Part shown: piece after piece, positions 33,371-42,787 of the stretch
Layout: each line of letters opens with the position of its first letter
How positions within the stretch are numbered: the first letter of the stretch is position 1
NCBI GenBank assembly: GCA_036397915.1
Contig: DASWIB010000203.1
Location: 1-45,232 of the forward strand
Origin: Thermoanaerobaculia bacterium
GTDB lineage: Bacteria; Acidobacteriota; Thermoanaerobaculia; UBA5066; Gp7-AA6
DNA: 45,232 nucleotides
Direction: 5' to 3'
Notes under the pieces: generated by a model
Told to the model about the DNA's origin: nothing
What the model saw: only the letters and a program-made list of their open reading frames with translations
Databases searched by the model: none
Program-made: the position numbers and the translations under genes

Positions 33371-34186
33371 TCAAAACCGGAAGCTCCGCTCCGACTCGAG
33401 CAGCTTCAGACGCGGCTCCCGCAGTGCGGCAATTTCGCGGCGGATGCGCGCGAGCGACGGCGGCTTCATGTGGTACAGATACACGGGTACTCTCGGCGGC
33501 ATCTTCGCGAGCTCTTTCGCGACGAGGCGCGGCGTCATGTGCTTCGACTCGCGGGCAGCCTCCGCCTGAGTGTCCGAGAAGGAGACCTCGAGGAAGATCG
33601 CCTTCAAGTTCCGCACCCGCCGCGCCGCCTGCCAGAGCCGTTCGGTCGGGGCGGTGTCACCCGAGAAGACGACCGAGCGCCCCGGCTTCGCGACGATGTA
33701 TCCGTAGCCGGGAATGAGATGCGACACGGGCACCGGCGTGAGCGTCACCGAGCCCGCGCGGAACGGCCGCCCTTCGCTCATCGGCCGAAAACGAAGCGTG
33801 GGGCGCGCGGGCGAAGGCAGGCGCGTGAAGTCGGGCCACGTCACGTCGTTGAAAACGTGCTTTCGTAATGCGAAGAGAACTGGCTCGGGCGCGGCCACCT
33901 CCAGGGGAGCGGATTCGCGACCGACGAGGTTCGCGACCAGAAACGGGAGCGACGCGAAGTGGTCGAAGTGCGCGTGCGTGAGCACGACGCGCCGGACGCG
34001 GCGCTGCGCCCCGAATGGAAGCGTCTCGGTCAAGGAGCCGGCGTCGAGCGCCGTCTCGCCGTCGATCAGAAAGGTCGTCATCCGGTATCCGGGCGCGGAC
34101 CCACCGTAGGTTCCGAGGACCCGGATGGCCAGCGAGGTTCGCTGCGGCAAGGCGAAGCGATTGTACGACTCCAAGCCGCCTGTCAT
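33371..34186 (-). CDS. MBL-fold metallo-hydrolase (class-II cyclic-nucleotide-phosphodiesterase-like)
   Basis: 271 aa with the beta-lactamase-fold motif VVLTHAHFDHFASLPFLV and an N-terminal IRVLGTYGGSAPGYRMTTFLIDG pattern. The listed ATG lies inside a family-B repeat, so the exact start is uncertain. Confidence 0.7.
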   Translation of the reverse strand: MTGGLESYNRFALPQRTSLAIRVLGTYGGSAPGYRMTTFLIDGETALDAGSLTETLPFGAQRRVRRVVLTHAHFDHFASLPFLVANLVGRESAPLEVAAPEPVLFALRKHVFNDVTWPDFTRLPSPARPTLRFRPMSEGRPFRAGSVTLTPVPVSHLIPGYGYIVAKPGRSVVFSGDTAPTERLWQAARRVRNLKAIFLEVSFSDTQAEAARESKHMTPRLVAKELAKMPPRVPVYLYHMKPPSLARIRREIAALREPRLKLLESERSFRF

Positions 34187-34234
34187 CCCGAGGAGCGAAG
34201 CGACGAGGGATCCCGCGCGTCGCTCGGGATGACA
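34181..34234. repeat. Family-B palindromic element between the Omp85-fusion gene and the MBL gene
   Basis: tgtcatcccgaggagcgaagcgacgagggatcccgcgcgtcgctcgggatgaca. Its left arm supplies the candidate ATG of the MBL gene. Confidence 0.85.
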
Positions 34235-34244
34235 TTGAGTAGGG

Positions 34245-37142
34245 CTAGAACTGCGCCCCGATGTAGAACGACGTCTTCAATCCCGACAGAGTCTGCCTGA
34301 AGTCCCAGAGCTTTGCGAAGTCCCAGTGGAGCTGCAGGCCCAGAAGGCTGATCTGGAATCCGAAGCCGTAAGAGGCCCTCCCGTCTTTCAGCCGCCACTT
34401 GCCCTCTTCGTCCTCATCGGCGAATTGGAACGTCTGGTCCTTGAGCGCGGCGCCGCCGACGTCGACGAACACCTGACCGCGGATGTCGCGGAAGGCGCCG
34501 ATCGGAAAGGCAAGAATGTCGATGAGCGGAAACCGGTACTCGAGGTTCGCGTATCCGACGGTGTTGCCGATCTGCTCGCGGAAATCGAGGCCGCGGAGCG
34601 TGTCGAGGCCGCCGAAGTAGTAGACGTTCGGGAAGTTGCCCGTCGAGTGTGCACCGAAGAGCCGGACGGCGATGAGCGACCGCTCCGTAATTTTGAAATA
34701 GTGGCGCAGATCGACGGACACGTCCGACGAGAGCGTGTTCGAGTTCTCGATCCTGGTCGTGTTGGGGTCGTCCTCGGCCTTGAAGTCCGGCGCGTACGAG
34801 TAAGAGATCGAGAAGCGGCGTCCGGAAAGTGGTCCCCACGCGCGGTAGAGCACGGTGTCGCTCACCAGAGAAACCCCCGCGGTCGGATAGTTGTCCTCCC
34901 GCGCGGCGACCAGAAAGCCCTGGCTTCCGTCGGCGTTTCGGATCACGAACGGGAAGTCGAACTTTCGGGAGATGAAGCCGAGCTCGCCGTCGATCCGGTA
35001 ATAGCGCGAGAGCGGGTAGCTCGCGAGCAGGAGCCCGCCGGTCTGTCGGTAGACCCGGCGTCCGCGCTCGATCACCCCGCGTGATTGGTCGAAGCTCAGG
35101 AAAAAGGTCCGGTCGTCGAAGAGCGCGAAGCCGGTCTGGAGCCGGCGTCTCAGGTTGAAGTAAATGAAGTTGAAGTTGGTGAACGAGGACAGCGACTGGA
35201 ACTGCGCGATCAGGCGCCGGTCGCCGAGGTTGTCGCCGAAGATCAAGACGGTGCTCGACACGAAGGTCTGGTCGGTGTTGACCCCCGCGACGACCTGCGC
35301 GTCCTCGAGCTGCAGCTTATGGCTCGCGCGCGGCTTGACCTTCTCGGGATCGATCGAGACCTCGATCGCGGGCTGGAACGGCGCCTCGGACTCCGGCCCG
35401 GCCGGCGAGACGGCGGGTGCGAGCTCCGGCAGCCGGCGGACCGCCTTCTTCGAGTCCGCGATGTAGAGCGTGAAGCGCCGCTTGTAGTACGCGGCGAAAA
35501 CGAGCTTCTCGGTGTTGTCCCTGCCGATGAAGACCGTGGGGGTGAAGGCGCCGGCGACGACGTTCGTGTGGAGGTTCGTCTCGCCGGTCTCCAGGTTGAT
35601 CGAGTAGATGTTGTAGATGCCGCCGTCCCGGTCGGATGTGAAGAAGAGCCGCTTCCCGTCGGGCGTGAGCGCCGCGTCCTCGTCGTTCCACTCTCCGTAG
35701 GTGATCTGCTGGCGCGAACCGGGCGCGGCAGGATCGAAGCGGAAAATCTTCGCCTTCGTACCGCGGACGGAGGAGTAGTAAATCCACTTCCCGTCGAGCG
35801 AGTAGGTCGGAGCGAAGTCGAAAGCCTCGTCATCCGTCAGATTCATGACGTTCCTCGAGGTGAGCGAGTACGCCCAGATGTCGGCGCGCCCGCCTTTCAA
35901 GGCGCGGAAGACGACCGTGTTTCCGTCCGGCGAAAATGCGGGATTCAGCTGCTGATCGAGGTCGGGCATCTCGACGCGCTCGCGGATGCCGCCGTCCAGA
36001 GCGTTTAGAAGCAGCAACTCGCGGCCCCTCTCGCGCCTCGCGAACACAGCGACCGAGTTCCCGTCCGGCGAGACCGCGACGTCCACGCCCCCGAGTGGAG
36101 CCGTTGTCAGCCACTGGCTCGCGATGTACTCGTACCGGGTCGTGTAGCCCTTCGTCAGGTTGCGGTAGAGCTTTCGCTCCCGTGTCGAGAGCACGACGAC
36201 GTCGGCGTCGTCCTTCAGTGTCGAGATCGCCGCGATGAAGTCGCCCGAGGGATAGGCGCGGGGCGAGAGCTCGGCCGAGGGCTCCTCTTCGAGCTTGAAC
36301 CGCTCGCCGAAGTCGATCGGCTCGCCCTTCTCGGTCAGGATCTTCAGGTACTTCTGCCGCAGATAGCGCCGGAACTTGACGTCGAAGTCCTCCGCCGAGA
36401 GGTTGAAGGCCCGCCGGATGACCTTTTCGACGTTGCCGCCGATCTGGTTGCGGAACTCGAAGACGAAGTCGCGGACCGAGTCCTTCCCCCACTCCGCCTC
36501 GATGAAATCGAACACCGCGTGTCCGAACCGGTACGCGAAGAACCCGCCGACGCCCACCGCGGCAATCTCCGGGACCTGGTCCGCGAGCACCGCGTCGCGC
36601 AGGACCATCCGGTCCTTGTTGTCCTCGTCGTTGCCGAAATACGACGCCATCCCCTCCGTGAACCACTGGGGCGCGTTCGTCGTGGTAGCGCGGATGTAGT
36701 TGCCTCCGAACAGGATCTCGAACTGGAAGACGTGCGTGAGCTCGTGCGCGATGAGCTGCTGGAGCTTCTCGTCGGGAAGGTCGATCGGAAGCACCATCCG
36801 GTTGCGAGACGGCAGCGCGAACGCGCCGATCCCTTCGGGAATGAAGTTCAGGATCGTGTTCGTCTGCTCGAAGTCCGAATGGGTCGCGTAGTAGATCAGG
36901 TTGATCGGCTTGGGGATCTGGAAGTTGAGCGCACGCGAGATTTCGTCGTAGGCGCTCTCGGCATACGACGTGACTTTGGTGAGCGCAATCCGCTCCGTCT
37001 CGTAGAAGTAGATCGTGAAGTGGGTCGAGCGATAGATCTTCCAGTCGAACTTGTCGTAGGCGATCTTGTTCTTGCCGAATTGCGCGCCGGCGGGCGCCGC
37101 GGCACAAAGGAGGAGAGTGAGCGCGATCGCGATCTTCTTCAT
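34245..37142 (-). CDS. Outer-membrane multidomain protein: signal peptide + peptidase-MA-like (HExxH) + PD40/TolB-like beta-propeller + Omp85/surface-antigen beta-barrel
   Basis: 965 aa. The signal peptide is MKKIAIALTLLLCAAAPAGAQF. The gluzincin signature is HELTHVF ... WFTEGMASYFG. At least four PD40-type repeats are present (SPDGNSVAVF, FSPDGNTVVF, YSLDGKWIYYSS, LTPDGKRLFFTSDRDG). The C-terminal ~350 aa have alternating beta-strands ending ...SFYIGAQF, an aromatic OMP terminus. Confidence 0.8.
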   Translation of the reverse strand: MKKIAIALTLLLCAAAPAGAQFGKNKIAYDKFDWKIYRSTHFTIYFYETERIALTKVTSYAESAYDEISRALNFQIPKPINLIYYATHSDFEQTNTILNFIPEGIGAFALPSRNRMVLPIDLPDEKLQQLIAHELTHVFQFEILFGGNYIRATTTNAPQWFTEGMASYFGNDEDNKDRMVLRDAVLADQVPEIAAVGVGGFFAYRFGHAVFDFIEAEWGKDSVRDFVFEFRNQIGGNVEKVIRRAFNLSAEDFDVKFRRYLRQKYLKILTEKGEPIDFGERFKLEEEPSAELSPRAYPSGDFIAAISTLKDDADVVVLSTRERKLYRNLTKGYTTRYEYIASQWLTTAPLGGVDVAVSPDGNSVAVFARRERGRELLLLNALDGGIRERVEMPDLDQQLNPAFSPDGNTVVFRALKGGRADIWAYSLTSRNVMNLTDDEAFDFAPTYSLDGKWIYYSSVRGTKAKIFRFDPAAPGSRQQITYGEWNDEDAALTPDGKRLFFTSDRDGGIYNIYSINLETGETNLHTNVVAGAFTPTVFIGRDNTEKLVFAAYYKRRFTLYIADSKKAVRRLPELAPAVSPAGPESEAPFQPAIEVSIDPEKVKPRASHKLQLEDAQVVAGVNTDQTFVSSTVLIFGDNLGDRRLIAQFQSLSSFTNFNFIYFNLRRRLQTGFALFDDRTFFLSFDQSRGVIERGRRVYRQTGGLLLASYPLSRYYRIDGELGFISRKFDFPFVIRNADGSQGFLVAAREDNYPTAGVSLVSDTVLYRAWGPLSGRRFSISYSYAPDFKAEDDPNTTRIENSNTLSSDVSVDLRHYFKITERSLIAVRLFGAHSTGNFPNVYYFGGLDTLRGLDFREQIGNTVGYANLEYRFPLIDILAFPIGAFRDIRGQVFVDVGGAALKDQTFQFADEDEEGKWRLKDGRASYGFGFQISLLGLQLHWDFAKLWDFRQTLSGLKTSFYIGAQF

Positions 37143-37176
37143 GTCGAAGCCCTCCTCGGTGGCAACCCCTCCCCGA

Positions 37177-37260
37177 TGTCATCCCGAGCGAAGCGAGGGA
37201 TCCCTCGCGCCGTTGGCGTTCGGGATGACATTGAAGAGCGCCTTTGGCGCTCGGGATGAC
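37177..37260. repeat. Family-B palindromic element(s) upstream of the Omp85-fusion gene
   Basis: tgtcatcccgagcgaagcgagggatccctcgcgccgttggcgttcgggatgaca, plus an extra right arm gcgcctttggcgctcgggatgac. Confidence 0.85.
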
Positions 37261-37325
37261 GGCGAAAAGACTGCTCGCGGCCGTGAACGGGATGTCGGAT
37301 GGTCGGTGCCTCGGCTTCAGCCCGG

Positions 37326-38021
37326 TCAGTCGGTGAAGATGTACCGCTCTGCCTCGCGGTCGCGCGCTACGAAGAGGTTCAGGATCTGGTTCTCGAGCGA
37401 GAACAGGTTCTCGAAGAGGCCCTGCAGCTCGTCCGCCCGCCGCCCTCCGGTCTGCCGGAAGTCCTTGAACTCGTCCTGGAGGATCTTCTCGCCGGAGCGA
37501 CCGTCGAAGACGAGGAAGACGATGTCGAACAAGAAGCCGGTCTGCTCGACGTAGACCTGGCGGTAGTAGGTCCGTCCGTCGATGGGGGAGACGTACTCCT
37601 CGGTCTTGTAGCCGGAGCGGTCCTCGACGCGGAACTCGAGGCTTCCGGAGACGAGGATCTCCGCCCCCGTCTGCACACCGAGCGCGCGCCAGAATTCCGT
37701 CGAGCGGCCGAGCTCGGAGAGGTTCTGCGTCGGCAGCTTCAGGTCGGTCGGAAGCTCGACGACCTCGAGCTTCGTCTTTTTCTCGATCTGCTTCTTCAGA
37801 AATCGCTGGAACTCCGCCTGGAGGTCCACGTTCTGGAGTCGGCGGTCGCGCGCTTTCTCGGCCTCGGTCGCGATCACGAAAGGCACCAGCGCGATCTTCT
37901 CGTTTCCGCGCAGCGGCAGACGGGGTTTCAGGGGGAGCTTCAGGCGCACCTGGGTGACTCCGGCCAGGGCAGGGAGGGCAACGAACAGGGAAACGAGCCC
38001 GAGCGCGAGGATCCCTCTCAC
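37326..38021 (-). CDS. Secreted protein of unknown function
   Basis: The GTG at 38021 is preceded by GGAGGG. The product is (M)RGILALGLVSLFVALPALA/GV..., ~231 aa, with a clear signal peptide. No motif was recognised. The upstream part of the track ORF is Arg/Pro-rich and unlikely to be coding. Confidence 0.55.
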   Translation of the reverse strand: MRGILALGLVSLFVALPALAGVTQVRLKLPLKPRLPLRGNEKIALVPFVIATEAEKARDRRLQNVDLQAEFQRFLKKQIEKKTKLEVVELPTDLKLPTQNLSELGRSTEFWRALGVQTGAEILVSGSLEFRVEDRSGYKTEEYVSPIDGRTYYRQVYVEQTGFLFDIVFLVFDGRSGEKILQDEFKDFRQTGGRRADELQGLFENLFSLENQILNLFVARDREAERYIFTD

Positions 38022-38139
38022 CCCGACCCTCCGGCTGCTCGCTTTGGGAATGACCCGACCGGTCGCGGTCGGAGCCTTCCTGTCGGCGAGAGGCGTCCCG
38101 CCCTCGCGCTCTCCCGCCGAGGGGAAAGGGGACTCGCGG

Positions 38140-38505
38140 CTAGGACCCACCGGTCGCCTTTCCGGTCGTCCGGGTGTACGAGGTGTAGAACTCCGCGAAA
38201 CGGGCATAGTTGCGGCGAATGTGCGAGTCGTTCGGGTCGAGCTCGAGCGCGCGCTTGTACGCGGAGAGCGCCCGCGCGAACTCGCCGCTCGCCTCGAAAG
38301 CGACCGCGAGATTGTTGTGCGCCCGGGCGTTGTTCGGCTCCTTTTCGACGGCTCTTTCGAAGCGGAACGCGGCCTCTCGCCAGAGTCCTTTTCGGGCGAC
38401 TTCGCTTCCGAAGGAGATCTGGGTCTCCGCCTTGTCCGTGCGGGCGTAGGAGCCGCAGCTCACGGTCAGCAGGACGGCTCCGAGAGTCAGCGCAGCTTTC
38501 GTCAA
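38140..38505 (-). CDS. Small TPR-repeat lipoprotein
   Basis: 121 aa with lipobox LLTVSC and two TPR units (WREAAFRFERAVEKEPNNARAHNNLAVAFEASGEFARALSAYKRALELDPND). Confidence 0.75.
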   Translation of the reverse strand: MTKAALTLGAVLLTVSCGSYARTDKAETQISFGSEVARKGLWREAAFRFERAVEKEPNNARAHNNLAVAFEASGEFARALSAYKRALELDPNDSHIRRNYARFAEFYTSYTRTTGKATGGS

Positions 38506-38775
38506 TCCATCCTCGAGCTCCCCTCCCGGGGGCGGCTATTATAGGTAAGCCTTTTCGCGCTCGCGGAATTTCGCCGTTCCGATCGCGCGTCCCAACTCCT
38601 TCCGTCATTTCGGGGGCCGATCGCGAGCCCCCTCAGCCTGTCCCGAGCGGACGCGAAGGAGGGAGGTTCCGCGGGAGGACAGGAAGGTTAGGGAAACATG
38701 AAAGGCGCAACGTCCGATGGAGATCCCCGCGGAACCGGGTCCGGATCGGGTGCTGCCGAGAATAGTCTTCAGACG

Positions 38776-39885
38776 ATGTCGATCGCCTCGCTCTCGCGCC
38801 GGACGGCGCTCTCCTGGGCCCGGTCGCCGCATCTGACCCCGCAGCGGGTCTGGCCGGCGCTGCGGGATCGCGGCGGTCTCGAGGCCCTCCTCGCGAGTGG
38901 CGAGGCGGAGCTCGCCGAACGGCTGGGGTCGCGCGAACGCGCCCGGGCGGTCCTCGGGGGGCCCGAAGACGCCGCCGCCGACCGGTGGGGGGCCTCCATC
39001 GAGGGTTCCGGGATCCGCATCGTGACCGCGTTCGACGAGGAATATCCCGCCGCCCTCTCCGAGATCGCCGATCCGCCGTTCGTCCTCTTCGCGGTCGGGC
39101 GCCTCGAGAAGCTGAAGCTGCCGGCGGTCGCGGTCGTCGGTTCGAGGAACGCGACGCGCTACGGTCGCGACGTCGCGGCGCGGCTCGCCCGGGAGCTCTC
39201 CCAGGCGGGAGTCACGATCGTCTCCGGATTCGCGCGTGGCGTCGACGCGGCGGCGCACGAGGCGGCTCGCGAAGGCCCGGGCGGCACGATCGCGGTGCTC
39301 GGGTGCGGGCTCGACATCGACTATCCGCGCGAGCACGCGCGCCTGAAAGAGGCGATGTCGGAGAGCGACCTGCTCCTCTCGGAGTTTCCGCCCGGCGCGG
39401 AGCCGCGTCCGAGCAACTTCCCGATCCGCAACCGCATCATCGCGGGCGTCGCGGCCGGAGTCGTCGTCGTGGAGGCCTCGCGCCGAAGCGGTTCGCTCAT
39501 CACGGCGCGCCTGGCCGCCGACTCGGGCCGCGACGTCTTCGCCGTTCCGGGGAGCGTCTTCTCCGAGACCTCCGTCGGCTCACACGAGCTGCTTCGCGAT
39601 GGCGCCATCCTCTGCCGTAGCGCGGAAGACGTTCTCGCCGAGCTCTTCCCCTCCGTCGGTCCTTCGCGTCTCTCGATGACGGGTACGGCAAGAATCCCGG
39701 CGGACCTCTCGCCGGACGCCGCGCGTCTCTATGAGACGCTCGCGCGCGAGGAATCGCTTTCGGCCGAGGAGCTCGCGCAGATGCTCGACCTGCCGGCCGC
39801 GACGATCCTCGCCGCGCTTTTCGAGCTCGAGGGCGCCGGGCTCGCGGTCTCGGAAGCGGGACGCTACGCGACAATGAGACGTTAG
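38776..39885 (+). CDS. dprA: DNA-processing protein DprA (Smf)
   Basis: DprA Rossmann core VAVVGSRNATRYGRDVAARLARELSQAGVTIVSGFARGVDAAAHEAA...FPIRNRIIAG, plus a C-terminal winged-helix. The start is either the ATG at 38776 or the upstream ATG at 38698. Confidence 0.9.
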   Translation: MSIASLSRRTALSWARSPHLTPQRVWPALRDRGGLEALLASGEAELAERLGSRERARAVLGGPEDAAADRWGASIEGSGIRIVTAFDEEYPAALSEIADPPFVLFAVGRLEKLKLPAVAVVGSRNATRYGRDVAARLARELSQAGVTIVSGFARGVDAAAHEAAREGPGGTIAVLGCGLDIDYPREHARLKEAMSESDLLLSEFPPGAEPRPSNFPIRNRIIAGVAAGVVVVEASRRSGSLITARLAADSGRDVFAVPGSVFSETSVGSHELLRDGAILCRSAEDVLAELFPSVGPSRLSMTGTARIPADLSPDAARLYETLAREESLSAEELAQMLDLPAATILAALFELEGAGLAVSEAGRYATMRR

Positions 39886-40009
39886 AAGCCCCGAGTCCCA
39901 AATCGCTCAGGGCTCACGGGAATACGTCGTTGTTGTAGTCACCGGGACACGCCCCGGAAGAGGTGCTTCGCGGCGGATGGCACGCGACGGCGCTTCACGC
40001 TCCGCCCGG

Positions 40010-40067
40010 CTAGGGGGCTCGGGGGACCGCAAGGTCCCCCGCTGAGATTACTCGGACAGACTCCTAG
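40010..40067 (+). repeat. Family-A repeat, copy A6 (upstream of topA)
   Basis: ctagggggctcgggggaccgcaaggtcccccgctgagattactcggacagactcctag, with CTAG at both ends. Confidence 0.9.
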
Positions 40068-40110
40068 TTTGCGCTTTGCAGTCCGTTGTGGCAGCGTCCC
40101 GCACCCTGTC

Positions 40111-42732
40111 ATGCCGAGCATCGTCATCGTCGAGTCGCCTGCGAAGGCGCGCACCCTGGAGAAGTTCCTGGGCAAGGACTTCCGTGTGCTCGCCTCGTAC
40201 GGGCACGTGCGGGACCTTCCGAAGAAGGGCCTGGGCGTGGACCGCGAGAACTCCTACGAGCCGACGTACGAGGTCCTTCACGGCAAGGAGAAGACGCTCC
40301 TCGAGCTGAAACGGGCCACGGCGAAGGCCGACGCGGTCTATCTCGCCGCGGACCCCGACCGTGAGGGAGAGGCGATCTCCTGGCACCTGAAGGAAACGCT
40401 CGCGCCGTCGGCCGGGGGCAAGCCGTTCCGCCGGGTGCGGTTCAACGAGATCACGAAGAGGGCCGTGCTGGCCGCGATGGACCAGGCCGGGGAGATCGAC
40501 TCCCGGCTCGTGGACGCGCAGCAGGCGCGCCGGATCATCGACCGGCTCGTCGGCTACGAGGTCTCCGACCTGCTGTGGAAGAAGATCTGGCGCGGGCTGT
40601 CCGCCGGCCGCGTCCAGACGGTCGCGCTGCGGATCATCTGCGAGCGCGAGAAGGACATCGAGAGCTTCGTCCCGGTCGAATACTGGACGGTGGACGCGGA
40701 TCTCGAAGCGTCCACGCCGCCGCCGTTCACCGCGAAGCTCGTCTCGTTCGACGGGCAGAAGCTCAAGTTCGACGGGACCGACCCGCGGCTGGATTCGGAG
40801 ACCGCGGCGGAGCGGGTGCGCCAGGAAGTGGAGCGCGCGGCGTGGCGGGTCGCCAAGGTCGACACTTCCGAGCGGCGCAAGAACCCGCCGCCCCCCTTCA
40901 TCACCTCGCAGCTCCAGCAGGCGGCCGCGCGGCGGCTCTCCTTCCCGGTCCGCCGCACGATGCAGATCGCGCAGCGCCTCTATGAAGGCCGCGAGATCCC
41001 GGGCCGCGGCACCGTCGGCTTGATCACGTACATGCGCACCGACTCCACGCGCGTCTCCAACGATGCTCTGGGGGCGGTTCGCGAGCACATCGCGGCACGG
41101 TACGGATCGGGTTCGGACGTCCTGCCGGATTCGGCGCGGTTCTTCCGCGGCAAGCGCGGCGTCCAGGACGCGCACGAGGCGATCCGTCCGACCGACCTGT
41201 CTCTCCCGCCGGACGAAGTCGCCCGCCACCTCTCGTCGGAAGAGGCGAAGCTCTATCGGCTGATCTGGGAACGATTCGTCGCGTCGCAGATGGCACCGGC
41301 CGTCTACGACACGGTCGCCGCCGAGATCGAGGCGGGCCGGGCCCTCTACCGCGCCTCCGGCTCGACGTTGAAGACGCCCGGCTACCTCGCGGCGCACGGC
41401 GTCGCGGTGGAAGAGGACGAGGAGGCCGAAAAAGAGGGCGCGAAGCTGCCGCCACTGACGGCCGGCGAGACGCTGAAGCTCATTGCCGTCAAGGCCGAAC
41501 GGAAAGAGACGCAGCCGCCGCCGCGCTTCAACGAGGCGTCACTCGTGAAGTTCCTCGAGGAGAACGGAATCGGCCGACCGTCCACATACGTCGAGATCCT
41601 GCGAAAGCTCGAGGACCGCGAGTACGTCCGCAAGAAGGACCGGCGGTTCATCCCCACGGCGCTCGGGCGTACCGTCGTCGAGCTCCTGATCCCGTACTTC
41701 GACGATTTCTTCGAGACCGGCTATACCGCGAAGATGGAGGAGCGTCTCGACGAAGTCGAGGAGGGAAAGCTCTCCTGGCGCACGGCGCTCGCGGAGTTCG
41801 ACGAGAAGTTCACGCGAGACCGCAACCGCGCGCTGGAGAAGATGGTCTCGAGCAAGGCGGGGATCCCGGTCGCCGACGCGCGCCAGCTTCACCTTCCGGT
41901 CCCGGCGGATCTCGAGGAGAAATGTCCGCAGTGTGGCAAGAAGCTGAAGCTGCGAATGGGCAAGAACGGGCTCTTCGTCGCGTGCAGCGGGTATCCCGCG
42001 TGCACGTTCACGATGCACATCCCCGACCCGGACGAGGACGCGATCGATTCGGCCGAGCTCGAGTCGACGACGTGCGAGGAGTGCGGCTCTCCGATGAAGC
42101 TGCGGCAGAGCCGGACCGGGAAGGCGTTCCTCGGCTGCACGGCCTATCCCCGCTGCCGCAACATCGTCAACGTCGTGATGGCCGAGGGAAAGGCCGAGGC
42201 GCGGCCGGACGAGGCGACGGGGGAAAGCTGCCCGCAGTGCGGCAGCCCGCTCGTGCGCCGACACGGCCGCTACGGCGCGTACGTCTCGTGCTCGAACTAT
42301 CCCGCGTGCCGGTACAAGCCCCCGAAGCCGGTCCTGGACACGGGCGTCCGATGCCCGAAGGACGGTGGCGCGATCGTCGAACGACGCGGCCGGTTCAAGC
42401 CGTTCTACGGTTGCGTGAACTACCCGGCCTGTGACTTCTCGCTGAACGCGCGTCCGATTCCGGAAGCGTGTCCCAGCTGCGGAAACCCGTATCTCCTTCT
42501 GCGCGAGCGCAAGGGTGGGGCGGTGCTCGCCTGCGATCGTGCCGGCTGTGGCTTCGAGAAACCGGCTGGCGAGATCCCGTCGATGAGAGAGGTGCTCGTC
42601 GAGACCCGACCGACTCCGCGAGTCGTTGCGGGGAAGGAGAAGCCCGCGCCGGCCGGGAGAAGGCTCTCGCGAGCGCGCTCGGCCGAGTCGAAGGCGGCCG
42701 CGCCGCGGCGCCGCGCCAAACGCGCCAGCTAG
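40111..42732 (+). CDS. topA: DNA topoisomerase I (type IA) with five C-terminal zinc-ribbon modules
   Basis: MPSIVIVESPAKARTLEKFLG Toprim start, the active-site region ITYMRTDST, and five CxxC...C..C repeats (CPQCGKK..., CEECGSP..., CPQCGSP..., CPKDGGA..., CPSCGNP...). The start is placed at the ATG at 40111. Confidence 0.95.
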   Translation: MPSIVIVESPAKARTLEKFLGKDFRVLASYGHVRDLPKKGLGVDRENSYEPTYEVLHGKEKTLLELKRATAKADAVYLAADPDREGEAISWHLKETLAPSAGGKPFRRVRFNEITKRAVLAAMDQAGEIDSRLVDAQQARRIIDRLVGYEVSDLLWKKIWRGLSAGRVQTVALRIICEREKDIESFVPVEYWTVDADLEASTPPPFTAKLVSFDGQKLKFDGTDPRLDSETAAERVRQEVERAAWRVAKVDTSERRKNPPPPFITSQLQQAAARRLSFPVRRTMQIAQRLYEGREIPGRGTVGLITYMRTDSTRVSNDALGAVREHIAARYGSGSDVLPDSARFFRGKRGVQDAHEAIRPTDLSLPPDEVARHLSSEEAKLYRLIWERFVASQMAPAVYDTVAAEIEAGRALYRASGSTLKTPGYLAAHGVAVEEDEEAEKEGAKLPPLTAGETLKLIAVKAERKETQPPPRFNEASLVKFLEENGIGRPSTYVEILRKLEDREYVRKKDRRFIPTALGRTVVELLIPYFDDFFETGYTAKMEERLDEVEEGKLSWRTALAEFDEKFTRDRNRALEKMVSSKAGIPVADARQLHLPVPADLEEKCPQCGKKLKLRMGKNGLFVACSGYPACTFTMHIPDPDEDAIDSAELESTTCEECGSPMKLRQSRTGKAFLGCTAYPRCRNIVNVVMAEGKAEARPDEATGESCPQCGSPLVRRHGRYGAYVSCSNYPACRYKPPKPVLDTGVRCPKDGGAIVERRGRFKPFYGCVNYPACDFSLNARPIPEACPSCGNPYLLLRERKGGAVLACDRAGCGFEKPAGEIPSMREVLVETRPTPRVVAGKEKPAPAGRRLSRARSAESKAAAPRRRAKRAS

Positions 42733-42787
42733 GAATGTGTCCGAGTAATCTTTTCGCGGGGGACCTTGCGGTCCCCCGAACCCCCAG
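42729..42787 (-). repeat. Family-A repeat, copy A7 (contains the topA stop codon)
   Basis: ctaggaatgtgtccgagtaatcttttcgcgggggaccttgcggtcccccgaacccccag. The TAG at 42730-42732 is the topA stop. Confidence 0.9.

Noticed and set aside
40103-40120. CTGTCATGCCGAGCA at the topA start resembles the family-B terminus CTGTCATCCCGAGCG.
   Set aside because: The match is short (13/15), has no partner arm, and is constrained by the conserved TopA N-terminus (MPSIVIVESPAKA). It is probably coincidence.
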